NCBI GenBank assembly: GCA_027310825.1 | Contig: DAIDAC010000001.1 | Coordinates: 108,695 to 132,694 of the forward strand | Length of the DNA: 24,000 nucleotides | Direction of reading: 5' to 3' | Source: Candidatus Micrarchaeaceae archaeon | GTDB lineage: Archaea > Micrarchaeota > Micrarchaeia > Micrarchaeales > Micrarchaeaceae | Shown here: piece by piece, positions 1-5,696 of the stretch | Layout: every line of letters starts with the position of its first letter | How positions within the stretch are numbered: position 1 is the first letter of the stretch | Position numbers and translations under genes: made by a program | The notes under the pieces: generated by a model | Told to the model about the DNA's origin: nothing | Database searches by the model: none | The model's input: only the letters and a program-made list of their open reading frames with translations

Positions 1-2
1 TG

Positions 3-128
3 GACCTCAAGAGTTTTGTCGCCGACGAATTAGAAAAAAGAATAAAGCCGGTAAGAGAGCACTTCGAGAAAGACAAGAAGGCAAAAGAGCTCTACGAAAC
101 AGTGAAAGGCTACAAAATAACGCGGTAA
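3..128 (+). CDS. 3' end of an aminoacyl-tRNA synthetase gene, most likely tyrosyl-tRNA synthetase (5' part lies outside the window)
   Basis: Frame 3 is open from the window edge to TAA at 126-128. It reads DLKSFVADELEKRIKPVREHFEKDKKAKELYETVKGYKITR. The DLK-x-x-V-x-x-x-L...P-[IV]-R pattern matches my memory of the C-terminal helix of archaeal/eukaryotic TyrRS (M. jannaschii ends ...DLKNAVAEELIKILEPIRKRL). Only 41 aa are visible. Confidence 0.5.
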   Translation, partial: DLKSFVADELEKRIKPVREHFEKDKKAKELYETVKGYKITR

Positions 129-240
129 AAGTCGGAATTTTCGACAGAAAAAGCTTTCGAAAGCTATATATATTACCTAATGACTATCTTACTTTGTCGT
201 TACTTTTACGACGGGTGCAATGCTTCAAATCGTATGTGTA

Positions 241-252
241 TTTAATTAATAT
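241..252 (+). promoter_or_regulatory. TATA-like box for tRNA-Leu
   Basis: TTTAATTAATAT is centred about 25 nt upstream of the first tRNA nucleotide (271). This is the usual archaeal TATA-to-start spacing. Confidence 0.5.
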
Positions 253-270
253 GTACACAAACAATAACGT

Positions 271-376
271 GCAGGGGTGGCGGAGCTTGGTCAAACGCGA
301 CAGACTCAAGATCTGCTGGCTTAGGCCTACGAGAGTTCAAAAAGCATAACGCTTTGAACAAATCTCTCCCCCTGCA
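271..376 (+). tRNA. tRNA-Leu (anticodon CAA), class II with long variable arm, carrying a 21-nt insert (putative intron) in the T-loop
   Basis: Acceptor stem GCAGGGG (271-277) pairs with CCCCTGC (369-375), and the discriminator is A376. The D arm is GCG/CGC with an AGCTTGGTCAAA loop. The anticodon stem is CAGA/TCTG with loop CTCAAGA (anticodon CAA at 307-309). The variable arm is GGC-TTAG-GCC. The T stem is GAGAG (331-335) / CTCTC (364-368). No CCA is encoded. The overall sequence resembles archaeal tRNA-Leu (GC.GGGGT.GC.GAGC.TGGTCAAA...CTCAAGAT...). Confidence 0.85.
341..361 (+). other. Putative non-canonical tRNA intron inside the T-loop (exact boundaries ambiguous by +/-2 nt because of flanking A runs)
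   Basis: 28 nt (TTCAAAAAGCATAACGCTTTGAACAAAT) lie between the T-stem halves instead of 7. Removing any 21-nt block within 339-362 restores a canonical T-loop, TTCAAAT. The insert pairs TTCAA (336-340) with TTGAA (354-358) and AGC (343-345) with GCT (351-353). Unpaired A-rich bulges remain, which is compatible with a relaxed bulge-helix-bulge substrate. Confidence 0.6.
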
Positions 377-420
377 TACTTTTGTGTGCATTATTGAACG
401 GTTAATGTTTATCGGGTGAA

Positions 421-1143
421 ATGATGGTAAAGAAAAGTGTAAAGAGAAAAAGCGCTTCAAAATCAAGGCCGAAGGCCAAGGCAAGAAAGGCTTCAAGAGG
501 TTCTTCAAGGCCAGCAAAGCGAATGAAAGGCTCGAAGATGTTCGAGGTGCCTAATTATGCTCAAAGCTACGAGTTCACAAGCTCTGCAGCGTGCGCTATG
601 ATGGTGCTGAAGTATCTCAACGAGAACTTCAAGATGAAGAAAGAAGCGGAGTTCGAGATATGGAAAGAAGCCAACTCTGGAAGCGTATGGCATGGCTCTA
701 GATACGGCCTTGCTTATGCGCTCGCGAAGAGAGGAGCAAGCCCAAACATAGTCAGCAATGTAAAGGACGCAGGCTACGAAAAGAAGCTTGCAGTATATGA
801 GGGAATAAACCTCGAAACGCTCAACTCATCGTTTGACGAGATAAAGAAAAAGGCAGAAGGATACAACGTAAAGGAGCAATACGGCCTAACTACTCTCAAC
901 ACAATAAAGAAGCAGCTCAACTCTGGAAGGATTCCGATTGTGCTCGTCAATGCAAACGCGCTAAACCCTTATTTGGATCCGAGCCCGCACTGGGTAGTGA
1001 TAAAGGGTTATGACAAGGACACGATCTACATAAACGACCCTTACTCTGACAGCACTCTGGCCATGGATCCGGACACATTCAAGACTGCGCTAGGCTACGA
1101 GTCAGAGCATCACATGATAACGGTCAGCACCAGAAAAAGATAA
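421..1143 (+). CDS. Papain-fold cysteine peptidase of the C39-like family with a highly basic Lys/Arg/Ser-rich N-terminal tail
   Basis: 240-aa ORF. The first ~40 aa are MMVKKSVKRKSASKSRPKAKARKASRGSSRPAKRMKGSK. The globular part has a candidate catalytic Cys in YEFTSSAACAMMVLKYL and a His in SPHWVVIKGYDKDTIYINDP. This is the Cys...His-x-V-V-x-x-G-Y-D...DP arrangement I associate with Peptidase_C39_2-like domains. A GGGTGA SD-like element lies just upstream, and ATG 424 is an alternative start. Confidence 0.6.
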   Translation: MMVKKSVKRKSASKSRPKAKARKASRGSSRPAKRMKGSKMFEVPNYAQSYEFTSSAACAMMVLKYLNENFKMKKEAEFEIWKEANSGSVWHGSRYGLAYALAKRGASPNIVSNVKDAGYEKKLAVYEGINLETLNSSFDEIKKKAEGYNVKEQYGLTTLNTIKKQLNSGRIPIVLVNANALNPYLDPSPHWVVIKGYDKDTIYINDPYSDSTLAMDPDTFKTALGYESEHHMITVSTRKR

Positions 1144-1257
1144 ATAAAATTAAAAGCCGGGCGCCTTCGGTGGAAGGATTATGTTTTGGAGAAAACACAG
1201 CCGCCCAGCCTATAATATTATACAGCATTCCAGATACTTAAGCCTTCTTAACTACAT

Positions 1258-1751
1258 TCACATCTCTTTCTCAAGCAGGTATCGGTTCTCGCCGTCCCCG
1301 AAATAGTTGGCCATTTCCTTGATGATTTTGTAGCCTATGCTTTCGTAGAAGCCTATTGCTCTCGTGTTCTTTGTGTTAGTTACCAGCGTGACTTTCCTTA
1401 GTCCAAGCTCTTCTGCCCTTCTTTCTGCAAAATCCATCATCTGCTTTCCATAACCGCTGTTCTGATGGCCCGGCATGACGCGGATTGCGAGGACTTCCAG
1501 TTCTCTTCTTTTGGTTTGTCTATGAGTGTCAGGTACCCAACGTTCACGCCTTTTTGGTCCGCCCAGAGCCATGTGCCTGAGCCGTGCTCGCCAGTGAGGA
1601 ACTCGAACAGTTTCTCCTTTGTGCCGAGCTGGAGCAGAGACGGCGTAGCTCTGGCGATCTCATGTTCCATTGCGAACAGGGCATCGAGATTGCTCTCAAC
1701 GTCGACTTTGCTTCCTTTGAGTCGACCCGTATTCATGCTCTTGCCGTGCAT
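1258..1751 (-). pseudogene. GNAT-family N-acetyltransferase interrupted by a single frameshift (real pseudogene or homopolymer assembly error)
   Basis: Two overlapping minus-strand ORFs in different frames. ORF 1437-1751 encodes the N-terminal GNAT strands (...GTWLWADQKGVNVGYLTLIDKPKEE). ORF 1258-1572 encodes the rest (ELEVLAIRVMPGHQNSGYGKQMMDFAERRAEELGLRKVTLVTNTKNTRAIGFYESIGYKII), including the acetyl-CoA motif Q-x-x-G-x-G. The frames meet at CCAAAAGAAGAGAA (T4 run at 1509-1512 on the plus strand). One extra A there would give the continuous reading DKPKRRELEVLAIRV. Confidence 0.7.
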
Positions 1752-1773
1752 AGATTGCCTTGGCAGTTAAGGT

Positions 1774-3054
1774 TTAAGAATCGTATGTTTCTTTGGGTGT
1801 GGCCTGTGCAATGCTATTGAAGAACTCCTCGCTCTCCTCCGGCTTGCCAGCGCACATCAACACGGTTTCGCCCTCGCCTACTCCCATTACTTCTGAGACG
1901 AAGCGGCTTTCTTCCTCGCTTACAAGATGTTTGTCGGAATCCGAGTAGACGAATATGCGCCTGTCCCGCAACGCGGCAGCGTAGTTTTCAGCGCCTTCCA
2001 ATCTTTCGTGGAACTCTCGATTTAGTTTCACAGCCAGAACCCTTCCATTCCCTTTCATCGTCGACTCTATGGCTTCGATTTTTGTGTTGAGGAACGCGCC
2101 AGTCACATCGAATATCTGGAGGCGGTTTTTGGCTGGCTCCTTGCTCTTCGCGACGTAGCTTCCTCCTTTCTTGTCGAAGTTCTGCAGAAGTATGCCTGCT
2201 CCGACCAAAGCCGCGATAACGAGGTAGTACGGCTGTATCGCTTCGCCAAGGAGGGCAGCCGCCACAACCGCGGTTACGAATGGCGATAATAGGTAGTAAT
2301 TCGAAACGAATGTGGTTTTCAGCGTACGGAATGCCTTGAAATAGAAATAGGTGACGAACGCCATCATTGGTATTCCCATGTAGAGCAGCGCTGCAAGAGT
2401 GCTTGCGCTCAACACCGGAATCTGCGCGCCGCCGTACACAAACAGAATCGCGGCGACAGGCAGCGACATAGCATTAGTTATGAACATAGTGCTCTCCATG
2501 TCGGTGGTGTACCTCTTCAGAAAGACACCTGCGAACGCGGCGACCAGCACCGCTGCAAGCAAAGCGAGCACCACTACGGCGTTAGAACCTAGAGTAAATG
2601 CCAGCGGATTGCCGCCGCTCAAGGCAATGTAAATCCCGATGAAACCTAGGGACAGTGCGACTAATTGCGTCTTGGTTATCCTTTCTCTGAGCAGGAACGG
2701 AATGAACAGCAGCATTAGCAGGGGCTGCGTTCGGTATATGACGGTTGCGAATGTAGCGCTGATGAACTGCTCGGAGTATATGATGCCGTAATATATCAAG
2801 CCTGCAAAGGCGAACCCGGATGCTCCTATAATAATCGCCTCGCGGGGATTGGCGAGATAGCTCTTCAGTTGAGGAAGCTTGCCTTTGGCGACCACAAGAA
2901 GGAATGACGTTGCCGTTGCTATTAGGTAAGAGAAGAATAGGAAGGAGTATATGTTTACCCCGTTGTCCACTGCGACCTTGAGCGCTATCGGAAAAAGCGC
3001 TCCGCCTATCAGCGCAAGCGTTATCATTATGTAGGCCTTCCTCTTTATGTCCAT
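1774..3054 (-). CDS. EamA/DMT-superfamily transporter (10 predicted TM helices) fused to a ~130-aa C-terminal soluble domain of unknown function
   Basis: The long ORF is 1774-3102. The hydrophobic repeat pattern is typical of EamA (two 5-TM halves, e.g. ...ATFATVIYRTQPLLMLLFIPFLLRERITKTQ... and ...FVSNYYLLSPFVTAVVAAALLGEAI...). I place the start at ATG 3054 (MDIKRKAYIMITL...) because a TTTAAAT box (3078-3084) is centred 27 nt upstream of it. ATG 3102 would lie upstream of that TATA box. Confidence 0.85.
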   Translation of the reverse strand: MDIKRKAYIMITLALIGGALFPIALKVAVDNGVNIYSFLFFSYLIATATSFLLVVAKGKLPQLKSYLANPREAIIIGASGFAFAGLIYYGIIYSEQFISATFATVIYRTQPLLMLLFIPFLLRERITKTQLVALSLGFIGIYIALSGGNPLAFTLGSNAVVVLALLAAVLVAAFAGVFLKRYTTDMESTMFITNAMSLPVAAILFVYGGAQIPVLSASTLAALLYMGIPMMAFVTYFYFKAFRTLKTTFVSNYYLLSPFVTAVVAAALLGEAIQPYYLVIAALVGAGILLQNFDKKGGSYVAKSKEPAKNRLQIFDVTGAFLNTKIEAIESTMKGNGRVLAVKLNREFHERLEGAENYAAALRDRRIFVYSDSDKHLVSEEESRFVSEVMGVGEGETVLMCAGKPEESEEFFNSIAQATPKETYDS

Positions 3055-3076
3055 CAAAACCAATGTGGAAGCGTCC

Positions 3077-3084
3077 AATTTAAA
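3077..3084 (-). promoter_or_regulatory. TATA box for the EamA transporter gene (leaderless configuration)
   Basis: The minus strand reads GGTTTAAATTGG, centred ~27 nt upstream of ATG 3054. Confidence 0.5.
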
Positions 3085-3130
3085 CCTTTCATTTTTCTGC
3101 AATATTCGGGTATTTTCCTGTTACTATGCA

Positions 3131-3138
3131 TTTTATAG
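3131..3138 (+). promoter_or_regulatory. TATA box for the tandem Lrp/AsnC regulator gene (leaderless configuration)
   Basis: TTTTATAG is centred ~27 nt upstream of ATG 3162. The ORF-track start at 3126 lies upstream of and overlaps this box. Confidence 0.5.
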
Positions 3139-3161
3139 TTTTAGCGTTCGATAGAGTCCAC

Positions 3162-4214
3162 ATGGCAAGTGAATATGATGTCGAGAGCGAGTTCAGCAAG
3201 AAATACGCGCTGCTCACCAGAAGGATTGTTAGGCTCCTTTCCGAGGACTCGCGCATGCCAGTGGCGGAGATCGCCAGAATGCTGGATGTTTCGAGGACCA
3301 CTGTCAAGGACAGGATTGGCAGGCTGGAGAAAGAGTTCGGAATGGAGTACACCATCGAGATCGACGAGTCGGCTCTGGGCCTGAACCACCCTCATCTTAT
3401 AGAGGTTAAATTCAAGAAAAAGCCCGACCGCGCAAAGCTAAAGGCTATCCTGTCGCAATCTTACATACCGCAGGTGGCTTTCTTCGCAAATGGCGATTAC
3501 GACCTTGTCATATATGCAAATGCCTTCTCCGGGGACGAGTACGTGTACTGGAACATGGCGATGATGATTGAGTTGTCCGAATACGGGGTGCGTTGGCACA
3601 CTTCAGAAGTGGCTCACAGGCACCTCGGTTTTTTTCCGCTGAGAGATGAGGCCATAAAAGCTGCAAATCTGGATGAGAATTCCAAGAGGATGCTCGCGTG
3701 TTTGAACGGCAATGCCAGGCTCAGCTTCCAGCAGCTCTCGAAGAGGTTAGGCATGCACTTCAACACCGTGAAGTACAATTTCGACAAGCTCGTCAAGTCT
3801 GGAGTTATAAAACGCGCGACGGTGACCATGGATCCGCTCAAGGAGATTTCATTCATGACCCTGTTTGACGACTATACGCCGACAAAAGGATTCGAGAGCA
3901 GCTCCGCCAGGGCGAGGCAGGCGATAAAGTTTGACGAGAAGAATCCTCTGATAAGCAGGTACCTTCTATCGGCGACTTTGATAGGAAGCCACACGCTGTT
4001 CATAATGTCTGCATTCGACAGCAAAGCCGCGGCACATAGGTATGGGCTGGATTATCACAAGCGCATGTACGAAATGCACGGGGCAAAGCGTTACGAGGGA
4101 GAGATCGGCGAGTTGGTCATAGGCCGCCTTCCGATAAGGAGCGTGGATATAAAGAATGAATACAAGACGCTGATGTGGACCCCAGAAACGGATCGCGGCC
4201 ATACGACGACATAA
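3162..4214 (+). CDS. Lrp/AsnC-family transcription regulator with two tandem HTH + effector-domain-like units
   Basis: Unit 1 is LLTRRIVRLLSEDSRMPVAEIARMLDVSRTTVKDRIGRLEKEFGM, followed by an alpha/beta region (HLIEVKFKKK...GDYDLVIYANA). Unit 2 is LDENSKRMLACLNGNARLSFQQLSKRLGMHFNTVKYNFDKLVKSGVIKRATVTMD, followed by a second, more divergent alpha/beta region. Both HTH segments fit the AsnC-type winged-helix pattern. The start was moved from 3126 to 3162 on promoter geometry. Confidence 0.8.
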   Translation: MASEYDVESEFSKKYALLTRRIVRLLSEDSRMPVAEIARMLDVSRTTVKDRIGRLEKEFGMEYTIEIDESALGLNHPHLIEVKFKKKPDRAKLKAILSQSYIPQVAFFANGDYDLVIYANAFSGDEYVYWNMAMMIELSEYGVRWHTSEVAHRHLGFFPLRDEAIKAANLDENSKRMLACLNGNARLSFQQLSKRLGMHFNTVKYNFDKLVKSGVIKRATVTMDPLKEISFMTLFDDYTPTKGFESSSARARQAIKFDEKNPLISRYLLSATLIGSHTLFIMSAFDSKAAAHRYGLDYHKRMYEMHGAKRYEGEIGELVIGRLPIRSVDIKNEYKTLMWTPETDRGHTTT

Positions 4215-4298
4215 ATGCATTATAACAATCTTTTACTGCAAATCTGCGGAATTTCAAATCATATAAATACCAGCTATGACGCTAATCTATTCAGGTGA

Positions 4299-4604
4299 AT
4301 GGGATGGTACTTGGGAGCGAGCATACTTCTTCCACTAATGGAAGTCGTCCAACCACACCAGTTCTGCTCCCACCAATCACCGCTTATGATTTGGGTGTAT
4401 AACATGGGTTTGATTGATGGGGTAAAGAAGGCCATTTTGGGCGCAGAAGAGAAAGCGGCATACGAGTGCTGGATGTGCCCTGCGAAGAACAACGATGCAG
4501 CTGCATTCCTGGTTCATATAAAGGGGTGCGACAACGAGCAGAGATCGGCGACCGAGAAAGTCGTTGCGATTTCTGTTTTTCAGAAAACTGCTAATACCGT
4601 TTAG
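4299..4604 (+). CDS. Small hypothetical protein with a C-x2-C...H-x3-C (C2HC-like) putative zinc knuckle; start uncertain (4299 or 4404)
   Basis: The C-terminal two thirds (from ATG 4404: MGLIDGVKKAILGAEEKAAYECWMCPAKNNDAAAFLVHIKGCDNEQRSATEK...) look protein-like, but the N-terminal 35 aa do not. A TATA-like CATATAAATA at ~4259-4268 would suit a transcript starting near 4295. The ORF stops 17 nt before the next gene, which has a good GGTGG SD. Confidence 0.3.
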   Translation: MGWYLGASILLPLMEVVQPHQFCSHQSPLMIWVYNMGLIDGVKKAILGAEEKAAYECWMCPAKNNDAAAFLVHIKGCDNEQRSATEKVVAISVFQKTANTV

Positions 4605-4621
4605 ATATTTCAGGTGGGTAG

Positions 4622-4909
4622 ATGGAAAAAGAAAACACAAAAACTAGCGGAGCGAAGAAGAAGGCAGCGTTGCACAGGTTCTATTTCATAGAGCCGAGGC
4701 CGAATGCAGATGCTGAGAAGCTGGCTATGAGCCTGGTGGAGCTGCCGAACGTGCAGGAGGTTTATCTGACGGAGGGCGACTGTGGCTACATCGTCAAAGC
4801 AAGGTTCATGAACGAGAAGGAGCCGAAGGACATAGTGCGATACATATCAAACAACATAAGTAGCAAGTTCGGTAAGGTAACGAGCCTTGTGCAGTATTCG
4901 AAAGGTTGA
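4622..4909 (+). CDS. Small stand-alone Lrp/AsnC effector-domain (RAM)-like protein
   Basis: 95 aa, with a GGTGG SD 4-5 nt upstream of the ATG. The segment FYFIEPRPNADAEKLAMSLVELPNVQEVYLTEGDCGYIVKARF resembles the beta-alpha-beta-beta pattern of AsnC_trans_reg/RAM domains (...IPEVxEVxxVTGxYDLxxKVxx). Confidence 0.45.
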   Translation: MEKENTKTSGAKKKAALHRFYFIEPRPNADAEKLAMSLVELPNVQEVYLTEGDCGYIVKARFMNEKEPKDIVRYISNNISSKFGKVTSLVQYSKG

Positions 4910-5124
4910 CGCTTATGGCAGCCGTTGAAAGCGCAGTCACATCGCTTCTTCCATCTATATTTCTGAGGAGGGAGCAAGTCACACCATCGCCTGCGCCGGA
5001 TGCGGCTGCCGTGAGGCCTGCATTGAAGACTCACGACCTTCTTATCTTCAAGGCAAGAAGATTGAAGAAGTGCATTGATGACACTGCTTTAGTGCAGAAT
5101 AAGAAACAGAAATAAAAAGTACGT

Positions 5125-5541
5125 CTAGGTTTGTTTATCGGGCTCCTTTGCTAAGGCGTAGTTGTGGTTCATCATGCCCTTTAGCAGGCTTCGTCTTATG
5201 CTTGTACTGACAGAAGAGACTCCGTTTCTTATCGTCCTTCTGGTCCTGTTTCTTTTTGCGACCTTTGTGTAGCAGCCCAAGCACGAAAGCCTGTCGTTCA
5301 TCTCTATGCTGCTCTCGCCGAAGTGCTTCGACGGAAGAACGACCTTCACTTCATAGTTTGAAAGAAGCTTTGAGCACATCGCGCATGAGTTCTTTATCAG
5401 GTATTCCTTATCATAGGCCTCTGCGCACTTTACACAGAAGTAATCGCTCTTGCTAGCTGAGAATTTGCTTGAGAACGGAAATATCTCTATCCCACACTTC
5501 TTACAATACTCTTTTTGTCCCATCTCCCACACAGTACCCAC
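5125..5541 (-). CDS. Hypothetical zinc-ribbon protein with four CxxC pairs and a basic C-terminal tail
   Basis: 138 aa with CKKC...CVKC...CAMC...CLGC, which fits two Cys4 zinc ribbons. These are followed by KVAKRNRTRRTIRNG. I do not recognise a family. An alternative start is ATG 5523 (MGQKEYCKKCG). Confidence 0.55.
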   Translation of the reverse strand: MGTVWEMGQKEYCKKCGIEIFPFSSKFSASKSDYFCVKCAEAYDKEYLIKNSCAMCSKLLSNYEVKVVLPSKHFGESSIEMNDRLSCLGCYTKVAKRNRTRRTIRNGVSSVSTSIRRSLLKGMMNHNYALAKEPDKQT

Positions 5542-5696
5542 CCTTTAGTACCAACTTGCACCCCTGCAAGCTCCACGCCGACGCCCTACTTCATCCACCC
5601 AGAGCGCCTTTGTATTGTTTATTATAGTGCCATAACTAATATTTATACCTTCTTAAATTGCGGAATTATGTGGGTGGATGGAGCTATAACGGAGTA

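Noticed and set aside
242-517. 91-aa minus-strand ORF from the ORF track
   Set aside because: It lies antisense across the whole tRNA-Leu gene and the start of the peptidase gene. It has no promoter or SD context and an odd composition, so it is a by-product of the tRNA and the opposite-strand CDS.
1437-1572. Programmed ribosomal frameshifting, or two independent overlapping genes, at the GNAT locus
   Set aside because: No X-XXY-YYZ slippery heptamer or downstream structure is evident at the junction. Neither half is a complete GNAT fold on its own. A 1-nt indel in the A4 run is the simplest explanation.
3102-3126. Longest-ORF start codons for the EamA (3102) and Lrp-like (3126) genes
   Set aside because: Both would place the TATA-like boxes inside or downstream of the coding start. 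In-frame ATGs at 3054 and 3162 sit at the canonical ~27-nt distance from those boxes.
4906-5115. 69-aa TTG-start ORF overlapping the stop of the RAM-like gene (TTGA)
   Set aside because: It depends on a non-ATG start and has no recognisable motif, SD or protein-like periodicity. An antisense ORF (4786-5034) is equally unconvincing. The region 4910-5124 is left unassigned.
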